In this document: in pieces, positions 9,020-17,251 of the stretch | How positions within the stretch are numbered: position 1 is the stretch's first letter | How the letters are laid out: each line of letters opens with the position of its first letter | Assembly (NCBI GenBank): GCA_039589315.1 | Contig: JBDHHQ010000031.1 | Location: 1-45,648 of the forward strand | Length of the DNA: 45,648 bases | Source of the DNA: Gemmatimonadota bacterium | Lineage (GTDB): Bacteria; Gemmatimonadota; Gemmatimonadetes; Longimicrobiales; Gaopeijiaceae | Direction of reading: 5' to 3' | Position numbers and translations under genes: made by a program | The notes under the pieces: model-generated | Told to the model about the DNA's origin: nothing | Databases searched by the model: none | Seen by the model: only the letters and a program-made list of their open reading frames with translations

Positions 9020-9316
9020 CCCTGATCCTCTCAGTTCGTGGGGTTCGAACGGGCTTGGAGCCCCTATCCGCAGCACGCCGTGTCGGATCCAAGCAGATGC
9101 TTGCCACTTCTCGATGATCCGGTTCCCATCAGCCAGCTCGGCGGAGACTCCACTAGACGTGAAGAAGAATGCGAGACAGACGCTGGCGGGTCGAGAGGTG
9201 ATGGTCTGTCGGGTCCGAGTGACTGGCCGAACGGACGGGCCCGGCACAGACTCACCGAAGCTCGCGATCGAAGCAGCATCGGGTCTCGACCTGGCCACTC
9301 GCTTACGGGGTCCACT

Positions 9317-10744
9317 ATGAGGCGAAGCACCGTCCTAGTCGCAATCGGCATCCTGATCCCGCTCGGGACTGCGGCCGGCCAGATCCCGGGGGTCACCACC
9401 CCGCTGCCGCCTGAGGTAGACCGCACGTTCGAGCTCGTCTTCGGCAACGACTTCCTGGGGAGGGGCGGCGAGTTCGACGACCACCGCACGCAGCAGCTGG
9501 GACTCGTGGCGGCCGTTGCCCCGCGCTGGTCGGTTGTTGTGGATTACAGCTTCCTGACCCTGACGGACCCCATCCAGGGGGACCCGGGAAGACTGGACCA
9601 GCTCAGCGCGTCGGTGGGGTACCGCTTGCTCCGGGCACAGAGCGCCCGCGTTACCCAGGACGTGGAGGTCGGCGTGGGCCTCCGGACCTACGGGGAGATG
9701 GCGGGCCAACGGATGCAAAACGGCTTCCATCGGCTGCTCGGCGTCACTCCCACTCTCGTGCCCTACACGCCAGAGGAGCGGACGGACGTGACGCTCTGGG
9801 TCACCCTTCCCCATCACGGCGTCCTCGCGAGAGACGTGCGTTTGCCGCTTCTGGGCGACGACTGGTCGTTCGGATACTGGGGCCGGGGGTCCAGCCTCCT
9901 GACCACCGACGGACAATGGGACGCGAACCTGGGAGTGACGGCCGTGGCCGGCCGTCGTTGGTTCCAGCTCTGGCTCGGACTTCAGGGCGACGTCCGGAGC
10001 GGCTACGACAGGGACAACGTCACGCGGGAGACCGCGGACGTCGAGTCGGGCGTCGGGGTGGTCTACGGCCTCCGGCTGGGTCCGCTGATTCTGGAGTCGG
10101 CGCAGCAGTTCGACGGGGACGCGGCCTACGGCCACGCCCGCCTCGTTTCGACTGGAGACCCGCTTGCGGGGGTGGCACCCGGGGTCACGGTCGAGGTGCA
10201 GTCCGCGATCTCCGTGCCCGACGTCTACGCGTCATTCCAGGCCCGGCTCTCCCGATGTGGAGCGGCCTGCAGCTCGCGCTGGCGACGAGCCGTGCTCCTG
10301 GAGTACCGGTTCGGGAAGCCACAGTACGGGGGTGACCCGCGCACGTACGTGCCTACCTGGCAGCTGTCGGCGGCGTACGAAGTGGAGGCGCCGGCCGTTC
10401 CGGTCCGACCCTGGCTGACCGGCTTCGGAGCGTTGGGCGTCGGCTGGCGCGAGGAATCCCTCGAGGGCTTGGACCCGCAGTGGGACGGCCTCGGCAAGCC
10501 GTCGGTGGTCACGCGCTCCGAGGCCGTAGGCCGAGCTGGGTTGGTGGCCGACTTGGGGCTACGCGTCAGCGCCGGCGCCAGCCAGCGCCCCGTGGGCTTG
10601 ATGCTTCAGTTGGGGGTCAGCGCATGGCTCCCCACGTCCGGGGCCTCGGTGGACTTCGCCGGACGGGTCGAGCGTCTCCAACGCGCCAGCCTGGTCCTGG
10701 TGCCGGGACTACTGGTCCGCGTCAGGCTCGGTTCGGCGCGGTAA
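9317..10744 (+). CDS. Exported, probable outer-membrane protein with an LpxR/DUF2219-like N-terminal barrel
   Basis: ATG at 9317 gives signal peptide MRRSTVLVAIGILIPLGTAAG. FGNDFL...DDHRTQ and GQRMQNGFHRLLG resemble lipid A deacylase LpxR motifs; beta-rich throughout. Confidence 0.5.
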   Translation: MRRSTVLVAIGILIPLGTAAGQIPGVTTPLPPEVDRTFELVFGNDFLGRGGEFDDHRTQQLGLVAAVAPRWSVVVDYSFLTLTDPIQGDPGRLDQLSASVGYRLLRAQSARVTQDVEVGVGLRTYGEMAGQRMQNGFHRLLGVTPTLVPYTPEERTDVTLWVTLPHHGVLARDVRLPLLGDDWSFGYWGRGSSLLTTDGQWDANLGVTAVAGRRWFQLWLGLQGDVRSGYDRDNVTRETADVESGVGVVYGLRLGPLILESAQQFDGDAAYGHARLVSTGDPLAGVAPGVTVEVQSAISVPDVYASFQARLSRCGAACSSRWRRAVLLEYRFGKPQYGGDPRTYVPTWQLSAAYEVEAPAVPVRPWLTGFGALGVGWREESLEGLDPQWDGLGKPSVVTRSEAVGRAGLVADLGLRVSAGASQRPVGLMLQLGVSAWLPTSGASVDFAGRVERLQRASLVLVPGLLVRVRLGSAR

Positions 10745-10942
10745 GCCTGCTCTTTGTCCCAATCAAGCATGGTCTCGCGCGGCCTATCGTCGCTTTCTTG
10801 ACGATCCAAGTCATCCGTCGCTCCAGCTCAAGCCGATTCGCTCCGGACATTCGATCTACTCTGCACGCATGAGTCTGGCATACCCAGCCTGGGCAGTGCG
10901 AGACGGTGATGACCTCGTTACGCGAGACGACCCAAGCAACCA

Positions 10943-10982
10943 TTGACCCGCTCAACCTAGAGTTGTACAGGTTGGTTGTACG
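10943..10982 (+). promoter_or_regulatory. yefM-yoeB promoter/operator
   Basis: TTGACC at 10943-10948, 17-nt spacer to a weak -10 (TACAGG). Paired TGTACA (10964-10969) and TGTACG (10977-10982) resemble the TGTACA cores of YefM operators. Confidence 0.6.
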
Positions 10983-10998
10983 TTTCAAGGAGCCTAGG

Positions 10999-11277
10999 AT
11001 GCCGAAGTCCGTCAGCTACAGTTACGCCCGCCAGCACCTCGCCAGTATTCTCAATGCTGCCGAGGACCGCCAAGAACCGATCATCATCACCCGGCGTAAT
11101 CGAGAGGACATTGCTGTCATCCCGTCGTCCGAATTGGAAGGCCTCAAGGAGACCGCCCACTTACTTCGGTCTCCCAAGAACGCCCGCCGCCTACTCCAGG
11201 CCCTGCAACGCGCACTCGAAGACACCGTCTCGCCGCAAACCGTGAGCGAGCTCAAAGAAGAAGTAGGTGTCGAGTAG
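10999..11277 (+). CDS. yefM: Type II antitoxin, Phd/YefM family
   Basis: ATG 10999 after AAGGAG; SYSYARQHLASIL...EPIIITRR...ETAHLLRSPKNARRL. Confidence 0.93.
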   Translation: MPKSVSYSYARQHLASILNAAEDRQEPIIITRRNREDIAVIPSSELEGLKETAHLLRSPKNARRLLQALQRALEDTVSPQTVSELKEEVGVE

Positions 11278-11560
11278 GAGACCCCAGGGACCTGGTTGCC
11301 GCTCCCGATTGTCCGTCTTCCAGGACGAGTTCCGAGACGATCTTCAACACTGGGTGAAGACTGATCGCAAGGTCGCTCTCCGGGTGCTGAAGCTTGTCGA
11401 AGCCGTCATGCGCGATCCGACAGTCGGCATCGGCAAACCCGAAACTCTCAGACACCTCGGACCCAACCTGTGGTCACGTCGCGTGACTCAGGAACATCGC
11501 CTCGTCTACCTCGTGCGAGACGAGCGCATCGACTTCCTACAGTGCAGGTACCACTACTGA
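11267..11560 (+). CDS. yoeB: Type II toxin, Txe/YoeB family mRNA interferase
   Basis: GIGKPETL...WSRRVTQEHRLVY...QCRYHY; overlaps the yefM stop. Confidence 0.93.
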   Translation: MSSRRPQGPGCRSRLSVFQDEFRDDLQHWVKTDRKVALRVLKLVEAVMRDPTVGIGKPETLRHLGPNLWSRRVTQEHRLVYLVRDERIDFLQCRYHY

Positions 11561-11603
11561 GGAGCGATTTTGCAGGTCCCGCAGGTCGCGTCCAACGCGA
11601 CCG

Positions 11604-12980
11604 CTACCGCGCCAACGTCAGGTAGACACCGGGCCAGTTGCTACCCCCCGATATCCTCCCGAACTGCTGCGCCGTCTCGAAGATGGCCGAGCGGTGGTGA
11701 ATGACGTAGCCGAGCCAGAGGTCCTTCAGCGACTCGGATCCTATGATGTCGCCGATGTTGATCCCGAAACTGGGCTCGAGGTAGTTCAGGTATTCGCTGG
11801 GCTTGAACCCGTTCCCTTCCAGGTTCTCTCGTTCCAGTGCGGTCACCTCGCTCACGAGGGAAATCCCCTCGGCAAAGCCGATTCTGATGCGCCAGGGTAG
11901 CGGAATCGTGTAGTAGACCTTGATCGAGACCACGAGCTCCACCGAACCGTCTTGATAGTCCGAGGGCCAATGCAGGCCGAGCCCGGAGTGCAGATAGACG
12001 TGGAGCGGCAGCGTGAAAAGCCGATCGGTCAGGGGAAGGCCGTAGAAGACCGTGGTCAGCTGGCTGTTCATGGAGTCCGGCTCGACCTGGAATGGATGGT
12101 CGGCAAGTGCGGAAGGCGTCCCCCATTGATGCGCCAACCGCCAGTACGGAGTGGTCTCGAGCTGGCGGCCTTCGGACTCGAATCGATCGTTGGAGATCCC
12201 GATGCCCACGAAGGCTCGCCAGTCCACCGCGTCCTCCACCAGGCTCGCGTTCCGGACCGGTCGGCTCAGATACGTGGCCACGAAGGCGCCCTGCAGATAG
12301 AGGCTGCTGATCAGGTGATAGTACGCGTTGATGCCTCCCGTCAGGTCGACTCCGCCATCCACCTTCTCCTGCGTGAGCCCCCAGAAGAAGCTGTTGTAGT
12401 GGCTGGTCCGGTACGCCGCGTTTGCGAATGCCTCGGCGCGGAACCGTCCGGGGAACCAGCGGGTGCCCACGCCTACTCGAGTCGTGGAGTGGCCGTCGAG
12501 ATCGCTCAGCAGCTCGAAGTCCAGCCAGCTTCTGGTCCATGGCTTGTACCGAACCTGCACGCCCCAGTCCGGCCGGTCACCCTGGATCTGGTTCTGGAAC
12601 TCCGCCGGGATGTCGAAGAAGTGCATGCGACCCATGGCGCTGAGCCGCCACCGGTCGTTGTCGATGAACTTGAACCCGCCTTCAGTCTCGCGGATGTAGA
12701 CCCGCGGCCCTTCGTACATGATCAGCGGGATCAACGTGGCGACGGTCTTGGTCTCGGTCGCGAACGGGATGTTCGAGATGCGCATGGTGAAGCCGAGCCC
12801 CCACCGCTGCTCGTTCCAGGTGCGCCCCTCTTGCTGCTCCTGCTCCTCCTGACCGCATAGCTGCGCTGGTGCGGCCAGGAGCGAGCTCACCAGCAGCAGG
12901 ATGACGACCGGAGCCGACGAGATGCCAGACGGGAGCCTACCCGCGGGGAGCAGCGTGCGACGGCGGCGTCTCGGTCTCAT
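11604..12980 (-). CDS. MipA/OmpV-family outer-membrane protein, long form with a second C-terminal barrel-like domain
   Basis: GLG....PF...LIPLIMYEGPRVYI...YNSFFWG MipA-like N-terminal half; C-terminal half ends HHRSAIFETAQQFGRISGGSN; AGGAGG RBS. Confidence 0.75.
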   Translation of the reverse strand: MRPRRRRRTLLPAGRLPSGISSAPVVILLLVSSLLAAPAQLCGQEEQEQQEGRTWNEQRWGLGFTMRISNIPFATETKTVATLIPLIMYEGPRVYIRETEGGFKFIDNDRWRLSAMGRMHFFDIPAEFQNQIQGDRPDWGVQVRYKPWTRSWLDFELLSDLDGHSTTRVGVGTRWFPGRFRAEAFANAAYRTSHYNSFFWGLTQEKVDGGVDLTGGINAYYHLISSLYLQGAFVATYLSRPVRNASLVEDAVDWRAFVGIGISNDRFESEGRQLETTPYWRLAHQWGTPSALADHPFQVEPDSMNSQLTTVFYGLPLTDRLFTLPLHVYLHSGLGLHWPSDYQDGSVELVVSIKVYYTIPLPWRIRIGFAEGISLVSEVTALERENLEGNGFKPSEYLNYLEPSFGINIGDIIGSESLKDLWLGYVIHHRSAIFETAQQFGRISGGSNWPGVYLTLAR

Positions 12981-13327
12981 GGTCCCTCCTGTGGGAGTGA
13001 ATCGCCGTCCGCGGGCGGTCGAGTGGGTCTCGCCGTCGCGGCCCTGGTGGGACCCGGGCAGCAGCGAGGGCCGTCCTTCTCATTTCGAGCGCTGCCGTTT
13101 CCACGTCAAGCCCTCGCTGGTTCGCCTGCCGGGGTGGCCAGATCCGTCGCCGTGCGATTCGGCTCTACCGCACGGCCCATGCCAGAATCCGTCAGGCCCG
13201 AAAGTCCCCGCCCGCCAGGCGGAGCGGCCGCAGGACGCGGTCGGCGGGCCGGAACAGATTCGCGCCTCGCGGATTCTATGATCGAGTGCGATTGTAACGG
13301 CCTCGACCCCCTGCCTCCGACGCCCGC

Positions 13328-14050
13328 ATGACCGGACACAGCGACTCGACCGACTCCCCGAGTCCGCCGATCGTCAGCGTAATCATTCCGACGCTGAACG
13401 AAGCCGAGCTTCTGCCAGGGCTCCTGGCCGACCTCGCGCACGTCGATTGTCCGCTCGAGATCATCGTATCGGACGGTGGGTCGCTGGATGAAACCGCGGC
13501 GCTCGCTCGGACCGGTGGCGCCCGCGTGGTGCACGCGAGGCAGGGACGCGGGTCCCAGCTGAATGCCGGCGCCGCCGAGGCACGGAGCGACTGGCTCTGC
13601 TTCCTTCACGCCGACGTCCGTGTCCCGGCCGAGGCTCGTTGTCATCTCGAGCGCGTACTCGAGGACGACCAGGTTCAGGCGGCCGTCTGGAGGCTCGCCA
13701 TCGATGCCGAGGGTTGGTGGTATCGGGTGGTGGAGCTCGGCGCCAAGATTCGCGACCGGCTGGGTGGGCTCGCCTACGGGGACCAGGGCCTCCTGATCCG
13801 GTGCTCCTTCTTCGAAGAGCTCGGGGGGTTCCCGGACTATCCGGTGATGGAGGACGTGGCGCTCTCGCGTACGATCCAGCGAAACGGCACGCTGACACGG
13901 CTGCCGTCACCGCTCCTGGTCTCAGCGCGGCGCTGGAAGAAGGAGGGCCCCGCCCGGAATTACGCCCGAAATATCGCCTTGATCGGCGCTTACCTGGCTG
14001 GCGTGTCCCCCCATAGACTCGCCCGCTGGTATCCGAGCCACTCCCCATGA
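13328..14050 (+). CDS. GT2 glycosyltransferase, TIGR04283-like (arsenosugar/rSAM-associated)
   Basis: VSVIIPTLNEA, SDGGSLD, GRGSQLNAGA, FLHAD, YGDQGLLI, GGFPDYPVMEDV, VSARRW are the hallmark motifs of this family; ATGA overlap with the next gene. Confidence 0.88.
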   Translation: MTGHSDSTDSPSPPIVSVIIPTLNEAELLPGLLADLAHVDCPLEIIVSDGGSLDETAALARTGGARVVHARQGRGSQLNAGAAEARSDWLCFLHADVRVPAEARCHLERVLEDDQVQAAVWRLAIDAEGWWYRVVELGAKIRDRLGGLAYGDQGLLIRCSFFEELGGFPDYPVMEDVALSRTIQRNGTLTRLPSPLLVSARRWKKEGPARNYARNIALIGAYLAGVSPHRLARWYPSHSP

Positions 14051-16542
14051 GCACCGAAGGACCCATGATCATCTTGGAGAACGACACGAAGCTCCGTCTC
14101 CCAACGCTGTACTCGTTCGAAGACGCCGGCGTGTCCTACGTGATCGACTCGGCGGGGCCGAACTGGATCGCGGTGGACGAGCGTGGCCGGGAACTTCTGG
14201 ACGCCATCGAGGCAGCCGACGGAGACCTGACCCTCGCGGGCCTGGTGGCCCGTCACGCCGAGGCAAACGGGCTCGAGGCAGGCAAGGCCTGGGTTCACGT
14301 GCACGACTTCCTCCATGCCCTGAACCGTGCCGGGATGCTCAGGAACGGGGCGCCTGCCCGTGAGCCGTACCCGGGCCGCTCGGCACTGATCTCGCCCGAG
14401 GGTCTGAAAGAGCTGTGGATCCAGATCAACAACGCCTGCAACCTGAGCTGCACGCACTGCCTTGTCTCGTCCGGGCCTGGAAAGGAGCCCGGGCTGCCGC
14501 TGGAGCGTCTCGAGGCGATCGTAGACCGGGCCTGCGAGCTGGGGTTGGAGCGGCTCTACATCACGGGCGGCGAGCCCTTCGTCAAGAAGAACCTCGTCCG
14601 GCTCATCCGACACGCCACGGACGCCCGGGATCTCGAGGTGATCGTCCTGACGAACGGCACCGTGCTCAAGGGACCCGTCCAAGTCGACGTGCGCACGCTC
14701 GACCGGGAAAAGGTCCGTTTCCAGGTCTCGATCGACGGTGCGAAGGCCGAGACCAACGATCGCATGAGAGGAACCGGCACGTTCGCAGCGGCGCTGGGTG
14801 GTGCCCGACTCCTCGCCGACCTGGGCTTCGACGTGTCGCTCACCACCGTCGCGACCGGTCACAACCTGGACGAGCTGCCCCTGTTCCCCGAGATCGTCCG
14901 CTCCGTAGGCGCCGCAAGCCAACACTTGATGTGGGCGTTTAGAAGGGGCCGCGCGGACGCGAGCAGGAACGGATTCTTCCCCGGGATCGACCGGCTCCTC
15001 ACGAGCGTGATGCAGACGATCGAGGCCGCGGAAGCTGCCGGCACGCAGCTCGACAATCTCGAGGTCGTGAAGCGGCGGGTGAACGGGGTCCCTGGCGTGA
15101 AATACGACCTCGGCAACGGCGGCTGGGATTCCCTGGCCGTCTACGCGGACGGGAAGGTCTATCCGAGCGCAGCGCTCGTGACGGACCCCGCGCTCCTTTG
15201 CGGAGACACCTTCGAGTCCGACCTCGAGCAGATCCTGGCCGAGTCCCCGGTCGTACGCAGCCTGCGCAAGGCGAGCCTGGCGCAGCGACCCGGGGCGCTG
15301 GATGATCCGTTCCGGTTCTTCACCGGCGGTGGCGACTGGGAGCACGCCTGGTGCGCGACGGGCAATCCCGTGGGCGAGGATCCCTACTATCCGATCGGCG
15401 TCGCGCTCGTGAAGCACGTCATGACGACGCTGGGCCGGGAGAAGCTGGAACGGCGCAACCTGCGTTCCGGCTACGACGCGCCGCTCGTGCTGCACGCGAT
15501 GGGCGAGGGCGCGATCGCGTGTGGAACCGCGGACGGGGCGGCCGCCGAGCAGCCAGTGCTGACGCTCCACTCGAACTGTGTGCTCTCGTTCGACGTCGAC
15601 AAGCCGCGCGCCAAGGTACGGGAGTTCTACGCCGAGGCCGCCGAAGAACCCCAGGCCGAGCTCTGCTGTCCCACGAAGTACGACGCCTCGGCCGTGTCAC
15701 ACGTTCCGCAGGACGTGCTGGACCGCTTCTACGGCTGCGGGTCCCCGATGGCAGCGGCAGGAATCCAGCCGGGCGAGACGGTCGTGGATCTGGGCTCGGG
15801 AGCCGGGATCGACGTGTTCATCGCCGCAAAGATGGTCGGTCCGGAGGGCCAGGCCATCGGCGTGGACATGACGGAGGGGATGCTCGACGTCGCGCGGGAG
15901 AACCAAGCTCGCGTGGCCGAGACCCTGGCGTACGACGTGGTCGACTTCCGGGAGGGATACCTCGAGCAGATCCCGGTCGAAAGCAGAACCGTGGATCTCG
16001 TCACGTCGAACTGCGTCGTGAACCTGTCGCCGGACAAGCCCCGCGTCTTCGACGAGATCTGGAGGATTCTCAAGGACCACGGTCGCATCGTGATCTCGGA
16101 CATCGTGAGCGAGCGCGAAGTCCCGCCTCACCTGAAGGTCGATGCGCAGCTCTGGGGCGAGTGCCTCGTCGGCGCGCTCACGCAGGAGGACTTCCTGGCG
16201 CGGCTGGAGCGAGCCGGCTTCTACGGCCTCACGGTCCGCGAGAGGACCCACTGGAAGGACGTCGAGGGCTACTCGTTCTTCTCGGTCACCGTCGAGGGCT
16301 ACAAGTTCGAGAAGAAGACGGGCTGCGTCTTCGAGGGGCACCGGGCCGTGTACCTGGGACCGGGCAAGGCCTTCGTAGACGAGGAGGGGCACCTCTTCCC
16401 CAGGAACGAGCCGTACGAGATCTGCACCGACACCGTGGCCAAGCTCTCCAGGAACCCGTACAAGGGCATGTTCGCAGTGCTCGAGCCCGGGGAAGACGCG
16501 GTGAGCTACGCCTGCAGCTCGACCGACGGGGCGTGCTGCTGA
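14047..16542 (+). CDS. Fusion protein: PqqD/RRE-like domain + radical SAM + Cys-less SPASM-like domain + ArsM/AS3MT-like As(III) methyltransferase
   Basis: CNLSCTHC (14437-14460), ITGGEP, LTNG, VSIDG; then LCCP, FYGCGSP, VVDLGSGAGID, GVDMT, VTSNCVVNL, LWGECLVGA, an AS3MT-like C-terminal extension and terminal CC. Confidence 0.88.
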   Translation: MSTEGPMIILENDTKLRLPTLYSFEDAGVSYVIDSAGPNWIAVDERGRELLDAIEAADGDLTLAGLVARHAEANGLEAGKAWVHVHDFLHALNRAGMLRNGAPAREPYPGRSALISPEGLKELWIQINNACNLSCTHCLVSSGPGKEPGLPLERLEAIVDRACELGLERLYITGGEPFVKKNLVRLIRHATDARDLEVIVLTNGTVLKGPVQVDVRTLDREKVRFQVSIDGAKAETNDRMRGTGTFAAALGGARLLADLGFDVSLTTVATGHNLDELPLFPEIVRSVGAASQHLMWAFRRGRADASRNGFFPGIDRLLTSVMQTIEAAEAAGTQLDNLEVVKRRVNGVPGVKYDLGNGGWDSLAVYADGKVYPSAALVTDPALLCGDTFESDLEQILAESPVVRSLRKASLAQRPGALDDPFRFFTGGGDWEHAWCATGNPVGEDPYYPIGVALVKHVMTTLGREKLERRNLRSGYDAPLVLHAMGEGAIACGTADGAAAEQPVLTLHSNCVLSFDVDKPRAKVREFYAEAAEEPQAELCCPTKYDASAVSHVPQDVLDRFYGCGSPMAAAGIQPGETVVDLGSGAGIDVFIAAKMVGPEGQAIGVDMTEGMLDVARENQARVAETLAYDVVDFREGYLEQIPVESRTVDLVTSNCVVNLSPDKPRVFDEIWRILKDHGRIVISDIVSEREVPPHLKVDAQLWGECLVGALTQEDFLARLERAGFYGLTVRERTHWKDVEGYSFFSVTVEGYKFEKKTGCVFEGHRAVYLGPGKAFVDEEGHLFPRNEPYEICTDTVAKLSRNPYKGMFAVLEPGEDAVSYACSSTDGACC

Positions 16543-16551
16543 GGAGGACGA

Positions 16552-16580
16552 CGTGACCCCGATCGGGGAGCGGGTCCACG
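16552..16580. terminator. GC-rich hairpin between convergent genes
   Basis: CGTG/CACG, GACCC/GGGTC and CCCC-GATC-GGGG pairings; no U tract. Confidence 0.35.
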
Positions 16581-16602
16581 CCCAGGCGTCTCCGAGGTTC
16601 CG

Positions 16603-17193
16603 TTAGCCTTCGGCCGCGACGTCCACTACGACGTCCGCTACCTGTCGAGCGCTCATCGCCACCGAGATCATGGACCATCCGCCAAAGATCAGGTCCAGTC
16701 CCACGAAAAGACCGATGATGAACTCGCTCGACGAGGGCAGCCGCACGAAGATCAGGATGGCCAACACGACTGAGGCGACGCCGCTGAACAGAACCCAGCC
16801 GACGCCGGGCACACCGGTCATGGCCCGGCCGACGAGGATCCTCAAGATGCCTCCCGTGAGGATCACGAAGCCGAGCACGACCGTGAGCGCCGCCAGCCCC
16901 TCGTGCAGGTTGTTGAGGATGAAGGAACCGCCCAAGACGTAGAGGAGTCCCAACACCAGACGGAAGACGAAACCGCCCCCCGACCGGGCCATGAAGCAAT
17001 GGACCACCTGCATGGCTCCGGCGAGGATCAGGACCCAGCCCACGACGGCGGTCAGCGCCAGGCCAGCCACCATCGGCCGGGCCAGGGCAAAGACGCCCAC
17101 CGCGACCATGACGACACCCAGGATGATGTACCAGATCGACGCCCGCTTCACCTCCCTCGCGAGCTCGACCCCCAGCGTGGCGGCTACTGTCAT
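16603..17193 (-). CDS. HdeD/DUF308 family membrane protein
   Basis: Start reassigned to ATG 17193; about 6 TM helices; GWVLILAG, IGLFVGLDLIFGG. Confidence 0.8.
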   Translation of the reverse strand: MTVAATLGVELAREVKRASIWYIILGVVMVAVGVFALARPMVAGLALTAVVGWVLILAGAMQVVHCFMARSGGGFVFRLVLGLLYVLGGSFILNNLHEGLAALTVVLGFVILTGGILRILVGRAMTGVPGVGWVLFSGVASVVLAILIFVRLPSSSEFIIGLFVGLDLIFGGWSMISVAMSARQVADVVVDVAAEG

Positions 17194-17251
17194 CTGGAGC
17201 CCCCTGAGGCCAAGAGATCCGTGGTGAGTCTCGAGTGCGTGAGACGCGGCA

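Noticed and set aside
9020..9316. Long N-terminal extensions in the ORF track (gdhA, 9038 ORF, sulfatase to 24439, phosphatase to 31782, regulator to 3586, purE, greA, HdeD)
   Set aside because: Downstream starts give an RBS, a signal peptide or a family-typical N-terminus, and several extensions overlap neighbouring genes.
10736..11613. GGCGCGGTA / TACCGCGCC inverted repeat flanking yefM-yoeB as possible mobile-element ends
   Set aside because: It arises because both convergent genes end in Ala-Arg-stop; only 9 bp, with no transposase or target duplication.
14047..15400. Radical SAM domain as anaerobic sulfatase maturase for the nearby sulfatase
   Set aside because: anSMEs need a Cys-rich SPASM domain with two auxiliary clusters. 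Those Cys are absent here, and the protein is fused to an ArsM-like domain.
16534..16600. CC-TGA followed by a hairpin, read as possible selenocysteine plus SECIS
   Set aside because: Readthrough would run about 75 codons antisense into the HdeD gene with no protein-like sequence. Terminal CC is common in ArsM-like proteins, and the hairpin fits a terminator between convergent genes.
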